64,000 nucleotides of DNA. Source: Dehalococcoidia bacterium. Its GTDB lineage: Bacteria; Chloroflexota; Dehalococcoidia; Plut-88900. The position numbers were made by a program, and so were the translations under genes. Below, piece after piece: positions 19,214 through 30,007 of this stretch. Location of the stretch: contig CBDBLV010000001.1 of NCBI GenBank assembly GCA_965207225.1, positions 1 through 64,000 of the forward strand, written 5' to 3'. How positions within the stretch are numbered: position 1 is the stretch's first letter; the number at the start of each line of letters is the position of its first letter. The notes below the pieces were generated by a model. That model was not told the DNA's origin. It did not search any database and saw only the letters and a program-made list of their open reading frames with translations.

Positions 19214-20548
19214 TTGGACTACCGCTCCGCGCTTAAATACATACTCGGGCTCACCAACTACGAAAAGTCGTTGAAGGAGCTGTACTCGCCGGGCAACGTC
19301 GACCTGGAGCGGGTGAGGGTGCTGCTGAGAAGGCTTGGTTCGCCCGAGAGCGGGCTGAAGATAGTCCACATCGCCGGGACGAAGGGGAAAGGAAGCACGG
19401 CGGCGATGATATCGTCGGTGCTGAGGAAGGCCGGGTACCGGGTCGGCTTGTTCACCTCCCCCCACCTCCACACCTTCCGGGAAAGAGTACAAGTGGACGG
19501 TGAGCTTATATCGGGGGAGGACTTTGCGGCGGCCATCGAGAGGGTGAAACCCCACGTTGAAGAGCTGAACGCAGCCGGAGAGCACGGTTATATCACCACA
19601 TTCGAAGCCCTCACCGCTATGGCCCTTCTCTACTTCGCTGAGCAAGGAGTGGAAGCCCTGGTCTTCGAGGTCGGGGTTGGGGGCAGGCTGGATGCTACCA
19701 ACGTGGTCACGCCGGAGGTGAGTGTTATCACGTCCGTAAGCCGGGACCACACCGAGCTCCTGGGCGAGACCCTGGCGGAGATAGCCGGTGAGAAGGCCGG
19801 AATCATCAAGCCGGGAATACCCGTGGTGGTCGCCCCCCAGCGGCCGGAGGCTGAAGAGGCAATCGAGAGAATCGCCAGGGAGCGGGGTTCGGAGATGGTG
19901 AACGTGGGTCGGGAAGTGGTGTGGAGATCTTTGGAACATGGGGGGTGGGGACAGAAGCTGCTGGTGAGGGACTTCGAGAATGAGTACCGGGTGTCGATGC
20001 CCTTGATCGGAGACCATCAGCAGGAGAACGCTGCCACGGCGATAACAGCGTTAAGCGTACTGCGGAGTAAAGGGTGGCGGATCTCGGACGGCGACATCGT
20101 GGACGGGTTCGGGGATATCCGGTGGCCGGGCCGGATGGAGGAGCTGGGGCGTCGGCCGCTGGTGATAGCGGACGGCGCGCACAACGGCGACTCGGCACGG
20201 AGGCTGCGGGAGGCGCTGCAGAAATACTACGAATTCAGAAAGGCGGTGCTGGTGGTCGGGGTGTCCGCGGACAAGAACGTGGAGGACATAGCGTCGGAGC
20301 TCGTGCCCCTGGCCCCGACCGTCATACTCACCAAGTCCCGACACGCAAGGGCCGCAGAGCCCGACTCCATAGCCGATGCCTTCAGGCGACCTGATATAAT
20401 CGTCGGGACCACGGGGAGCGTGAAAGAGGCGCTGCAAAGGGCCCGGGAGCTGGCCTCCGAGGAGGACCTGGTCTGCGTCACGGGGTCGCTGTTCGTGGTG
20501 GGAGAGGCAATCGAGGCGGTGAAACGGGTGCCGGTGGAGATCTACTAG
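19214..20548 (+). CDS. folC: Folylpolyglutamate synthase/dihydrofolate synthase
   Basis: HIAGTKGKGST, FTSPHL, EVGVGGRLDATN, WPGRME, DGAHN, TGSLFVVGE. Confidence 0.95.
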   Translation: MDYRSALKYILGLTNYEKSLKELYSPGNVDLERVRVLLRRLGSPESGLKIVHIAGTKGKGSTAAMISSVLRKAGYRVGLFTSPHLHTFRERVQVDGELISGEDFAAAIERVKPHVEELNAAGEHGYITTFEALTAMALLYFAEQGVEALVFEVGVGGRLDATNVVTPEVSVITSVSRDHTELLGETLAEIAGEKAGIIKPGIPVVVAPQRPEAEEAIERIARERGSEMVNVGREVVWRSLEHGGWGQKLLVRDFENEYRVSMPLIGDHQQENAATAITALSVLRSKGWRISDGDIVDGFGDIRWPGRMEELGRRPLVIADGAHNGDSARRLREALQKYYEFRKAVLVVGVSADKNVEDIASELVPLAPTVILTKSRHARAAEPDSIADAFRRPDIIVGTTGSVKEALQRARELASEEDLVCVTGSLFVVGEAIEAVKRVPVEIY

Positions 20549-20588
20549 CCCGACCCCCGATTTGGCAACAAAGCAGATCGCAAAGAGC

Positions 20589-21875
20589 ATGACCGCATCG
20601 GAATCAACCCCTCAACTGACCGACTACAAGGGACGCCCGCGGGTGGTGGTGACGGGTATCGGGGCGGTGACACCGTTGGGCACTACGGCCCGGGAGTTCT
20701 GGAAAAACCTGGTGGATGGGGTGTCGGGGATCGGGCCGATGACGCTGTGCGACACCACCAACTACCCGACCAAAATCGCCGGCGAAATCCCGGACTTCAA
20801 CCCCCGCGAAAAACTCGACGCCCGGGACGCCAGGCGCATGTCCAGGTTCAGCCAGATTGCGGTGACGGCAGCGCTGGCGGCTATCGAGGAGTCGGGGCTG
20901 GACATGGAGTCGGAGGACCCGGCGAGGCTCGGTATTGTGCTGGGCAACGGGTGCGGCGGCTTCCCGGATATCGAAGTCGGGGGCCGGACGGTCGAGACCA
21001 AGGGCGGGATGCGCCTCAGCCCCTTCTTCTTCCCGATGATCCTTCCCAACATGGCCACCTCGCAGGTGAGCCGGATACTGGGGCTCAAGGGATTCACCAA
21101 TACCGTTACGACGTCGTGTGCGGCGGGGACGCAGGGGGTGGGTGATGCGCTGGAGGTGCTGAGGAGGGGGTCGGCGGACGTCATGGTGTCGGGGGGGACG
21201 GAGGCGGGGATCAGCCAGCTTGGCCTCGGGGGGTTCAGCGTGATGAAGGCGCTGTCCACGGTCAGCAACGACGATCCGACAAAGGCCAGCAGGCCCTTCG
21301 ATGCAAAGCGGGACGGGTTCGTGCCGGCAGAGGGCACGGGGATTTTGATCCTGGAGACTCTGGAGCACGCCCTGAGCAGGGGCGCGAACATCCTGTGCGA
21401 GGTCACGGGCTACGGGGTCTCCTCCGACGCCTTCCACATGGTCCATCCCGACGACGAGGGCGCCGGCGCAGCCCGGGCCATGACATGGGCCCTTGAGGAC
21501 GCCAACGCGAAGCCCGACGAAATCGACTACATCAACGCCCACGGCACGTCGACACCCCTCAACGACTCCATCGAGACCCGGGCCATCAAGAGCGTGTTCG
21601 GGGAGGCGGCGTACAAGGTGGGAATAAGCTCGACGAAGTCGATGATCGGGCATGCGCTGGGAGGGGCGGGTGGCATGGAGTCGGTGGCCTGCGTGATGTC
21701 GATAGTGGACGGGGCCATGCACCCGACTATCAACTACGAGTACCCGGACCCCGACTGCGACCTGGACTACGTCCCCAACGAGGCCCGACGCCAGCCGGTC
21801 AATAAGGTCCTCTCCAACAGCTTCGGGTTCGGCGGGCAGAACGCGTGCCTCGTGTTCGAGGCGTACGTCGGATAG
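20589..21875 (+). CDS. fabF: Beta-ketoacyl-ACP synthase II
   Basis: RVVVTGIGAVTPLG, TSCAAG, INAHGTSTPLND, KSMIGHALG, SNSFGFGGQN. Confidence 0.95.
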   Translation: MTASESTPQLTDYKGRPRVVVTGIGAVTPLGTTAREFWKNLVDGVSGIGPMTLCDTTNYPTKIAGEIPDFNPREKLDARDARRMSRFSQIAVTAALAAIEESGLDMESEDPARLGIVLGNGCGGFPDIEVGGRTVETKGGMRLSPFFFPMILPNMATSQVSRILGLKGFTNTVTTSCAAGTQGVGDALEVLRRGSADVMVSGGTEAGISQLGLGGFSVMKALSTVSNDDPTKASRPFDAKRDGFVPAEGTGILILETLEHALSRGANILCEVTGYGVSSDAFHMVHPDDEGAGAARAMTWALEDANAKPDEIDYINAHGTSTPLNDSIETRAIKSVFGEAAYKVGISSTKSMIGHALGGAGGMESVACVMSIVDGAMHPTINYEYPDPDCDLDYVPNEARRQPVNKVLSNSFGFGGQNACLVFEAYVG

Positions 21876-22012
21876 CGCTCCGACCTTCCCCGCTCATACT
21901 TCGAGGGTCTCAGCACGAGTGGCCCCACGACCCTAAGGCAACAACAGAAGCAATGGCCTGAACGCGTCGCACTCAGGGAATGTGTCTTCCTGAAAGAATG
22001 ACGGTACTGCCG

Positions 22013-22261
22013 TCAGTTGCTGATGTATTCGACGCGGGGGAGCATCACATCGAACATGCGCTCAAGGGCCATGGTGTGGCTGCACATGTTCCAGGAAGTG
22101 AAGAAGCTGCAGTTGCACCGCAGGACGCCGTCGTCATAGGTAACGTTGTGGCGCTTGTGGGCGCCTCGGAAGCTGAGGCTGAAGTTGTTGAACTGGACCC
22201 TGTCGGGCTCTTCAGCGTAGGCCTTGGCCTTCTGTATCTTACCTATGAGGCTCGACTGCAT
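22013..22261 (-). CDS. Small SWIM-like zinc-finger protein
   Basis: MQSSLIGKIQKAKAYAEEPDRV...CNC...CSH motif; GGAG RBS upstream. Confidence 0.75.
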   Translation of the reverse strand: MQSSLIGKIQKAKAYAEEPDRVQFNNFSLSFRGAHKRHNVTYDDGVLRCNCSFFTSWNMCSHTMALERMFDVMLPRVEYISN

Positions 22262-22496
22262 TTGCGCTCCTTCCGGCGTGGCTAGAAAAACGGCTCCCAA
22301 GACTTCTTGCGCCGGGCCCCGGGTGCCTATTTGATTTTAACTATACCGGGTCTCGGGGGTCAACGAGGGGGGGTGGGGAGGTGACACTTTGCTACAATGG
22401 TCTATCGGAGAAAGTCACCACAGATCATGGTCGTAGCTCTATTAGATATGCCACAAGAATGAACCGTTCAGGAACAAATTAGTAGTTGAGACTTTC

Positions 22497-23402
22497 ATGA
22501 ATTTGCTTGTTGAAATTAGTTCAGATTTAGTAAACGAGTCTACAGACTTATCCAACATATTGAGAAAGGCAAAGGTGCTCGCGAGGGCACTAGGATTGCC
22601 TGAATTCCGAGAGTGGGTCGATTTCGAACTCAATGGGTACTTGGACAGGGACGCTGTTCCAAGCTATAGGAAGGTCCGCGCCACTAACTTTGGGACATTT
22701 GCCGGTCCGTTCCAGAGTCAGATCAAGAACTTAGTTCTACCTACCTACAATTTGCCCCCAGAAGTCAAACAATTCGCCGAGAACATTATTTTCTTTGAAG
22801 GTATTGGCGAACTAGAGGCTCTTGTGGCCCAGGGTGCAAAATCACATCAAATCAAGTGGCAACAAGAAATGATCCTATTAGCACAACAATCGCTCCAATT
22901 GGCAAATGGCATGGTTCTAGTCGATGCGCACCAGCCAGTACCCTCGCATTTAATCCTAGGGATACTTGACCAAGTTAAGAACAAACTCTTGGACTTTGTG
23001 CTTGATCTACAAGAGAGCGACATAACTTCAGAAGACATAAGCAATCACACAGTTAAGCCTGAAATAGCTCGAAATGTCTTTAACAATATCAACATATATG
23101 GGGACCGCAATGTTGTGGCTAGTGGCGCTCATGTAAACCAGAACGCAAATACGGTCGAGAGTGGTGATCTTGATTCCCTACTGAGCTTCCTCCGCGAATA
23201 CAACATCCACGATAATGACATTTGTGATTTGAAAGAGGCTATAACCTCAGAACCCACCGCCCACAACGGGCATTACGGGCCCAAAGTGCGGGCATGGCTA
23301 GGAGGCATGATTGCAAAGGCAGCATCTAAAGCATGGAACGTTGGTCTCGATACCGCATCTAGAATACTGACAGAAGCCCTCCGGGCCTATTATGGATCCT
23401 AG
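22497..23402 (+). CDS. AbiTii-domain protein (abortive-infection-like)
   Basis: LSNILRKAKVLA..L...EWVDFELNGY..VPSYR N-terminal signature; visibly lower GC than its flanks. Confidence 0.75.
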   Translation: MNLLVEISSDLVNESTDLSNILRKAKVLARALGLPEFREWVDFELNGYLDRDAVPSYRKVRATNFGTFAGPFQSQIKNLVLPTYNLPPEVKQFAENIIFFEGIGELEALVAQGAKSHQIKWQQEMILLAQQSLQLANGMVLVDAHQPVPSHLILGILDQVKNKLLDFVLDLQESDITSEDISNHTVKPEIARNVFNNINIYGDRNVVASGAHVNQNANTVESGDLDSLLSFLREYNIHDNDICDLKEAITSEPTAHNGHYGPKVRAWLGGMIAKAASKAWNVGLDTASRILTEALRAYYGS

Positions 23403-23550
23403 TGAGTATTCTTCCTTGACAGCCCATGGCCGAGGCCTGAGGGTGAATTAGTGCTCCCGAAGCGCGATTCAACTCCGCCCGGAAGTTTACGCGATTTGGG
23501 CTGCCACATTTGATTTGCAAAATATTCAGAGCGCAATCAAAGGGTGCGTG

Positions 23551-23772
23551 ATGGTTCAGATAACAACTCGAGTATCGGACTCAGTAGCCAGAGCTTTGAG
23601 TGACGCGGCATCGCGTGAAGGGATGAGTCGGGCTGAACTGGTGCGCGGGATAATTAAGCAGTACGTGGAAGATTTCGATGACCTCTCGACGGCGTTGCGG
23701 AGGCTGCAGAACCCGCTAGATCCTGTTGAGGACTGGGACGAGGTCAGGCGTGTTCTTATCGATAAGGGCTAG
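23551..23772 (+). CDS. Ribbon-helix-helix (CopG-type) protein, antitoxin-like
   Basis: VQITTRVSDSVARALSDAASREGMSRAELVRGIIKQY with acidic EDWDEVRR tail. Confidence 0.7.
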   Translation: MVQITTRVSDSVARALSDAASREGMSRAELVRGIIKQYVEDFDDLSTALRRLQNPLDPVEDWDEVRRVLIDKG

Positions 23773-25244
23773 GGGTAAAACAGCCCCTCCGCCTCCCGAG
23801 TCAGCTCTTCCCGGAAGTCAGGGTGGGCTATGGAGATGAGCTCCCGGGCCCTCTCCCGGTTGGACTTGCCGAGGAGTTGCGCGACGCCGTATTCGGTGAT
23901 TATGGTGTCGGCGAAGGTGCGGGGGACGCTGATGATGGTCCCTTCCTCGTGCTGGGCCACGATCCTCGAGGCTATCCCCCCGAGGGCCGTCGACCTGAGC
24001 AGCGTTATCCCCCGACCCCCTTTTGACATGATGGCGCCCATCTGGAAGTCGAACTGACCGCCAGTGCCGCTCATCAGCCGGCCCCCGAACACTGTCTCGG
24101 CGTTTATCTGCCCCGTGAGGTCGACGGAGAGGGCGTTGTTGATGGAGACCATGTTGTCGTGCTGGGCGACGGTCGTGGCCCGGGCCACGTACTCGACGTC
24201 CAGCTGCTCGATGAGCGGGTTCTCGTGGGCGTAGTCCAGCTCCCGGTAGAAGGCCCCGAGAAGCGCCCCGAAGATGGCCTTGTCCTTGTGCAGGTTTTTC
24301 TTCGCCCCGGTTATCACGCCCCGCTCTATCAGGTCGATGATGCCGGGAATGCCCATCTCCGAGTGCCAGCCCAGGTCCTTCTTGTCGTCAAATGCTCCGA
24401 CCGTGGCGAGGAAGCGGGTCGGGGTGCCGGTGCCGATCTGCAGCGTGCTGCCGTCCTTCACCAGCTCCGACACGTAGCCCGCGATAGTCTTCGCATCGTC
24501 GTCGGGTTCAATCCAGCACTGGTACCGGGCAAAGCGCTGGATCTGCTTTGCCTCTCTTTCCACCAGGTGCGGCAGGTGCTCGGCGAGGTCTCGGGGGTCG
24601 AGGTTGGGGACGAAGTCGTCGAGGAGGGACCGGACTTCCGGGTCTTTCACAGAGTCCATCAGGTCGTTCGCCTGCTCATCGGAAAGCTGGGTCGGGGTGT
24701 ACTCCACGAACTTGTCGATCTCCGAGACATGCACGAAGTTGTGCCCGTAGGTCCTGATCTGGCTCTCGTCGACCTGGGCAATGACCCTCTTCGACCGCCT
24801 GACGAAGCCCCGCTTGTTCCACAGGTGCCCGCCGAAGCTTACGTATCCGTTGGAGTCGGGTGGGGAGGTGACCACCATGAACACGTCCATGGGCGCCACG
24901 TCACCGTAGTCCGTCGTATAGCGCTGGAACTGGGTGGAGAAAATCATTGGGATGTAGTCGACGATGCGCCGGTCCAGCGCCGACCGGCCCATCTCCCCGA
25001 GAATCTGCTCTATAGTCACCGTGAAGGAGTCCTGCCAGTCGGGGTTGAACCAGCCCGGGTCCTCGATCGGCGCGTCGCAGGTAATCTTGATGTCCTTGAG
25101 CTCGTCGCGGCGCGCCGCCAGGGCGTGGATCAGGGTGTCAGGGTGAGGGTAGATGGGGATGTAGACCCTGTCCCCCGACTTAACGAGTTTGACGGCCTCC
25201 CCCGGCGAAACGAGGTTGCGCTTATAGTAGTCCTGCCAGCTCAC
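23769..25244 (-). CDS. Acetyl-CoA hydrolase/4-hydroxybutyrate CoA-transferase family
   Basis: AVKLVKSGD, DGSTLQIGTG, HSEM, INNALSVDLTGQI, SGTGGQFDF, TEYGVAQLLGKS, IAHPDFR. Confidence 0.92.
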   Translation of the reverse strand: MSWQDYYKRNLVSPGEAVKLVKSGDRVYIPIYPHPDTLIHALAARRDELKDIKITCDAPIEDPGWFNPDWQDSFTVTIEQILGEMGRSALDRRIVDYIPMIFSTQFQRYTTDYGDVAPMDVFMVVTSPPDSNGYVSFGGHLWNKRGFVRRSKRVIAQVDESQIRTYGHNFVHVSEIDKFVEYTPTQLSDEQANDLMDSVKDPEVRSLLDDFVPNLDPRDLAEHLPHLVEREAKQIQRFARYQCWIEPDDDAKTIAGYVSELVKDGSTLQIGTGTPTRFLATVGAFDDKKDLGWHSEMGIPGIIDLIERGVITGAKKNLHKDKAIFGALLGAFYRELDYAHENPLIEQLDVEYVARATTVAQHDNMVSINNALSVDLTGQINAETVFGGRLMSGTGGQFDFQMGAIMSKGGRGITLLRSTALGGIASRIVAQHEEGTIISVPRTFADTIITEYGVAQLLGKSNRERARELISIAHPDFREELTREAEGLFYP

Positions 25245-25271
25245 GGGCGGCCTGCGACGTAAGGCCCGAGC

Positions 25272-25910
25272 TTAGTACCGCACCCGACCCGGGAACGTCA
25301 GGTCCCAGTAGGTGGCCGTGGGCTTGATCTCGAAGAGGTGCCAGAAGTTCTTGATGTTGTCTGGGTACACCTCTCGCTCGAACCGCTCCCAGTCCTCCCT
25401 CGAGTTCCACCCCGTGACCTGTGACCCGACCCTCTCCTCGTCCCTCGAAATCAGAACGCAGACAAACCGGTTCCCCTGCGCCTCGACCAGCGGCGGCATC
25501 ACCTCTTCCTGATAGTGCACGGGCAGAGTATCAATGACGCCTTCGTGGAGCTTGAAATGGCTGGTCCTTACAAACATCGCAGACGGATTGGCCAGAGACT
25601 CCACGTTGACCTGCAGTGTCCCGGGCCACAGCACGTCCCAGTAATGGACCTCGAACGGCCCGTCGAAGCCGCCTTTCCACCGCTCGTACAGGGCGGGCCG
25701 TACGTTGTTTTCGAAGTTGTCGCAGTCCTCCTTGGACTCCCAGGCGCTGATAAACAGCCCATTCTGCTCGTCGTCGGGGGAGGTCATCACGGCGAAGAGC
25801 CGGTTGCCGGGGGCGGCCGTAATCGGCCCCATCATTTGCTCCCGGATCCCGTCCTTGAGGTCGGCCAGGCCCTCGGGGGTGAGGCGGTACCTGCTGGTGC
25901 GTACGTACAT
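25272..25910 (-). CDS. Tandem ABM-like (dimeric alpha-beta barrel) protein
   Basis: Two internal repeats YVRTSRY/FVRTSHF ... WESKED/WNSRED. Confidence 0.7.
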   Translation of the reverse strand: MYVRTSRYRLTPEGLADLKDGIREQMMGPITAAPGNRLFAVMTSPDDEQNGLFISAWESKEDCDNFENNVRPALYERWKGGFDGPFEVHYWDVLWPGTLQVNVESLANPSAMFVRTSHFKLHEGVIDTLPVHYQEEVMPPLVEAQGNRFVCVLISRDEERVGSQVTGWNSREDWERFEREVYPDNIKNFWHLFEIKPTATYWDLTFPGRVRY

Positions 25911-25932
25911 GGCAGTCTTTCCAGTCTTTCGT

Positions 25933-26568
25933 TTAGAAATTCGCTATCACGGGAAACTTGATGTTCCAGAAGGTGGCCACGGGCGGCTCTTCAAAAACGT
26001 GCTGCACCTTGCCGAAGACCTCAGGGAAGACGTTGTTCAGGTAGTTGTCGCAGTCTTCCTTGGAGTCCCACCCCGACACCTGGGACCCGACCCTCTCTTC
26101 CTCCGCCGAGTGAAACACGAACAGGAACCGGCACCCGGGCTGGGTCACTACCGGCTGCACCACTTCCTCGTCGAAGTTGTTGTAGACGTGCTTGACGCCC
26201 TCCGGCGTGAACTTGAAGCGGCTGGTGCGCACGTAACAGTTCGGGCCTGCCGCCGCCAGCGGGTTGAACTTTAACCTGCCCGGCCAGTTGACCTCCCAGA
26301 ACCTCGGTACCGGGGGCTCGTCGAAGACCCAGTTCCACTCCTCCCACACCGCGGGGTAGACCTCGCTCAGGTATCGGTCGCAGTCCTCCCGGGAGTCCCA
26401 GCCCGACACCTGCCTGACCTCCAGTGGGTTGTCGGCGTTCATGAGTACGGCGCAGAACCGGCCTCCGGGACTGTCGAGTATCGGCCCGGCCACGTTGGTC
26501 TGATAGCCCTTTTCGACCGAGGGAACGGACTCCGCCTTGAGCAAGGCCCTTCGATCCATAACGAACAT
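25933..26568 (-). CDS. Tandem ABM-like protein, paralog of 25272-25910
   Basis: QVSGWDSREDCD/QVSGWDSKEDCD repeats; YVRTSRFK. Confidence 0.7.
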   Translation of the reverse strand: MFVMDRRALLKAESVPSVEKGYQTNVAGPILDSPGGRFCAVLMNADNPLEVRQVSGWDSREDCDRYLSEVYPAVWEEWNWVFDEPPVPRFWEVNWPGRLKFNPLAAAGPNCYVRTSRFKFTPEGVKHVYNNFDEEVVQPVVTQPGCRFLFVFHSAEEERVGSQVSGWDSKEDCDNYLNNVFPEVFGKVQHVFEEPPVATFWNIKFPVIANF

Positions 26569-26631
26569 GCGAATCTCCCTGGCTAATGTGTCGGGTATTG
26601 AACAGCCGGGCCATTGTAGCACGGGCCCCGA

Positions 26632-28299
26632 CTACCCGGCCCCCGACTCCGCGACTGCGTCTTTCGAGACCTGGTGCCGCTTTCGGAGAGGGATCTCTTT
26701 CAGCCCGACCAGCACCACCGCCCCAACTATCGCAAACGCCGACGCCACGATGAACACCTCCTGGATGGAGGCAGCAAGGCTCTCCTTCATCGCGTCAACC
26801 ACAGTTTCAAGCGCTGCTCCCTCTCCCGTTTCGTGCAGGCGCTCCTCCAGAAGAATACGGGCCTCGGGGTTGATGAGGGCGTTGGGGTCCCTTAATTCTT
26901 CGGAAAGCTCGGCGCCCATCAGCTGCCGGGTCTCGGGTGAGAGGTTGTTGGTGAGGTGGGTTGTGAGTCTGGACGCAAGCAGCGACCCCAGCACAGCAAC
27001 GCCCAATGACCCGCCGATGCTCCTGAAGAACTGGACGAAGGCCGTGACCAGCCCCATCAGGCCGTAAGGAAAGGCGTTTTGCACGACGATGGTGAAGAGG
27101 GGAAAGGTTATCCCCAACCCTGCACCCACTATAACCATGTTCCGGGCCATCTCGGCGTTGGTGGTGTCTGTGTTCATGGTGGCCAGAAGGACCACGCCGG
27201 CTGACATGATGCCCATGCCGGCCAGGGCCAGGTATCTGTAGCGGCTCCAGCGCGAGAGGAGTTGCCCTGCCAGCGTGCTGCTTACCACCGCGCCCAGCAT
27301 CATCGGCGTGAGCACCAGCCCCGAGTTGGTCGCCGAATCCCCGAGCACCCCCTGCCCGAACAGCGGTATGAACATGATGATCCCGAACATGGCCATGCCG
27401 CTGAAGAAGGTGGAGAACGAGACCACGGCGAATATGCGGTTGCGAAACAAAGATAGGGGGAGGAGGGGTTCGGGGGCGTGGGTCTCGATAAACAAGAAGA
27501 GCAGGAGCATGGCGATCCCGAATACCATGGGCGCGATGACCTGCCCCGACACCCACGGGTATTCCTGCCCGGCTAGGGATATACCCAGCATGACCGGTAT
27601 GAGCCCGCCGATGAGGGCGATGGTGCCCCAGTAGTCGACCTTCTGACCGATCCCGGGCCTGGACATCGAAGGCATTGCAGCCATGAGCGCAACAAGCGCC
27701 ACGCCGCCGACGGGCAGGTTGATGTAGAAAATCCATCGCCAGCTGAGGGTGTCGGTGAGGTAACCGCCCACCAGGGGCCCGACAATGCTCGCTATCCCGA
27801 ACACCGCCCCTATCAGCCCCTGCCACTTGCCCCGCTCGGCGGGAGGGAAGAAGTCGCCGATAACGGTGAAGGTGTTGGACATGAGGACGGCCGCGCCCGC
27901 GCCCTGCACGCCCCTGAAGATGATGAGCTGGAGCATGTTCTGGGACACGCCAGCCAGCGCAGACCCGAGCAGGAACACCCCGATCCCGATTATGAACAGC
28001 AGCTTCCGCCCGTATATGTCCGACATCCGGCCCACGACCGGCACCAGGGATGTCGACATTACGAGATACGCGGCAACAACCCAGGATATCTGGCTGAGCC
28101 CTCCCAGGTCCGTGACGATGCGCGGCAGTGCGGTGGCGACGATGGTCATGTCCAGCGCCGCAAGGAAGAGGCTTAGCATCGTGCCCAGGAGGATGAAGGC
28201 GATGCGGGCCCTGTTCAGCCCGCCGCCCGAGGCTAAAGCCGGTGCAATGTCCTCGTCGGCCGTGGTGGAGGGTGGGGATGTCTGGTCGGGGTTTTCCAA
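26632..28299 (-). CDS. DHA2 (EmrB/QacA) MFS drug:H+ antiporter
   Basis: [33 protein letters not shown]; 14-TM layout. Confidence 0.93.
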   Translation of the reverse strand: MENPDQTSPPSTTADEDIAPALASGGGLNRARIAFILLGTMLSLFLAALDMTIVATALPRIVTDLGGLSQISWVVAAYLVMSTSLVPVVGRMSDIYGRKLLFIIGIGVFLLGSALAGVSQNMLQLIIFRGVQGAGAAVLMSNTFTVIGDFFPPAERGKWQGLIGAVFGIASIVGPLVGGYLTDTLSWRWIFYINLPVGGVALVALMAAMPSMSRPGIGQKVDYWGTIALIGGLIPVMLGISLAGQEYPWVSGQVIAPMVFGIAMLLLFLFIETHAPEPLLPLSLFRNRIFAVVSFSTFFSGMAMFGIIMFIPLFGQGVLGDSATNSGLVLTPMMLGAVVSSTLAGQLLSRWSRYRYLALAGMGIMSAGVVLLATMNTDTTNAEMARNMVIVGAGLGITFPLFTIVVQNAFPYGLMGLVTAFVQFFRSIGGSLGVAVLGSLLASRLTTHLTNNLSPETRQLMGAELSEELRDPNALINPEARILLEERLHETGEGAALETVVDAMKESLAASIQEVFIVASAFAIVGAVVLVGLKEIPLRKRHQVSKDAVAESGAG

Positions 28300-28430
28300 G
28301 TCGTCGCTGCTCTCGGTTATGGGGCTGTGCGCACCCGGTCGATGCTACGCCGTAAGCATGGGCGAGTCAAAAGGGGGTCGGGTGGGTGCTATGATTCAGC
28401 CATCATTCGCTCAATCCGGAGCACCGTGAT

Positions 28431-29978
28431 TTGAACGGCACTGGAAACCTCGTACTTCACAACGCCAACGTGATAACCCTGGACCCGACCAGGCCTCGGG
28501 CCTCGGGGGTGGTGTGCGAGGGGGGCCTTATCCCCTCACTCGCTCTAGGGGACGTGGCCCGTGCCCTCGCTTCGGGAGAGTACGAAGAAGTCGATTGCGA
28601 GGGACGCACGGTGCTCCCTGGTTTCATCGACGCCCACGTCCATTTCCTCGCCTACGCTTCCTCCCTCACTGCCGTGGACTGCTCCCCCAATGCCATTTCG
28701 TCCATACAGGAGCTCGCCGCCGCCCTCCAGGCCCGTGCTCAAGCGACCCCCGAGGGAGAATGGGTCCGAGGCGCGGGCTACGACGAGTTCCGACTAACCG
28801 AGAATCGGCACCCGACCCGCCATGACCTCGACCCTCTGATCCCCAACCACCCCGTGAAGCTGGGGCACAGGTCGGGGCACGGGACGGTGCTCAACAGCCG
28901 GGCGATGGCCCTGGCCGACATCACCATCGAGACCCCCGAGCCCCTGGGCGGATATATCGAACGTGACCTCACAAAGGGAGAGCCGACGGGCCTCTTCATA
29001 GACCTGGACGACTGGCTCGACGAACGGCTTGGGCCCCAGCCCCGGGGCGACGAGATGGCACCCGCCGCCCGGCAGGCCGCACGAGTCTTCCTGTCCAGGG
29101 GCATCACCTCCTTCCACGACGCCTCGCCCTGCAACTCCCTGAAGCGCTGGGAGTTCTTTCAAACGCTGACCACTGGGCCGGAGCCCTTTCCCCGGGCCGT
29201 GATAATGCCGGGCTTCCATCACCTGCGAGAATTCGCAGAGTCGGGGCTGGGGTCTGGGGCGGGGGATGACCGACTGAGGGTCGGGCATTGCAAGATTATT
29301 CTGTCCCAGGCTACTGGGACGCTTCAGCCCTCGCACAAAGAGCTGGGAGAGATGGTGAGAGAGTCCGTGGAGCTAGGATTTCCGGTGGCGATTCACGCGG
29401 TGGAAGAGGCGGAGGTGGAGGCAGCAGTCGGAGCATTGGAGGCGGTGGAGGTGTCGGGGCTGAGCCACCGGATTGAACATGCCTCGATTTGCCCGCCGTC
29501 CTTGATAGCCAGGATGAAGGGGGCGAACATTATGGTCGTGACCCAACCCGGCTTTATCTACCACAGCGGGGACAGATACCGGGAACAGCTAGACGAGAAG
29601 GAGATCACAAACCTGTACCCGCTAAAGGCGTGGCTGGAAGCGGGCTTGCAGGTGGCAGCGTCTTCGGATGCACCAGTGGTCCCACCCGACCCGCTCCTCG
29701 GGATCCAGGCTTCTGTGCTGAGGCTGGCGAGGACCGGGCAAGAGGTTTCTCCTGAGCAGGGGATATCTATAGGAGAGGCGTTGAGCCTTAATGGGTCGGT
29801 GGAGGGAGGGGTGGGAGTCATCAGGCAGGGCGCTTTGGCGGACTTCGCCGTCCTGGACCGGGACCCGACCCAGGTGCCCCCGGAGGAAATCGACGAGATC
29901 GGGGTGTGGAAGACGGTGGTCGGGGGTGGGGCCGTTCATTCTCTCGTCGCGAATGTCCCCTATAATTCCCCAGGATAA
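28431..29978 (+). CDS. Amidohydrolase-3 (YtcJ-like) metal-dependent hydrolase
   Basis: VLPGFIDAHVH, VAIHAV, HRIEHAS, SSDAPV, ADFAVLDRD. Confidence 0.9.
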   Translation: MNGTGNLVLHNANVITLDPTRPRASGVVCEGGLIPSLALGDVARALASGEYEEVDCEGRTVLPGFIDAHVHFLAYASSLTAVDCSPNAISSIQELAAALQARAQATPEGEWVRGAGYDEFRLTENRHPTRHDLDPLIPNHPVKLGHRSGHGTVLNSRAMALADITIETPEPLGGYIERDLTKGEPTGLFIDLDDWLDERLGPQPRGDEMAPAARQAARVFLSRGITSFHDASPCNSLKRWEFFQTLTTGPEPFPRAVIMPGFHHLREFAESGLGSGAGDDRLRVGHCKIILSQATGTLQPSHKELGEMVRESVELGFPVAIHAVEEAEVEAAVGALEAVEVSGLSHRIEHASICPPSLIARMKGANIMVVTQPGFIYHSGDRYREQLDEKEITNLYPLKAWLEAGLQVAASSDAPVVPPDPLLGIQASVLRLARTGQEVSPEQGISIGEALSLNGSVEGGVGVIRQGALADFAVLDRDPTQVPPEEIDEIGVWKTVVGGGAVHSLVANVPYNSPG

Positions 29979-30007
29979 CCTACCCAAACGAAATCAAGGA
30001 GATCGTC

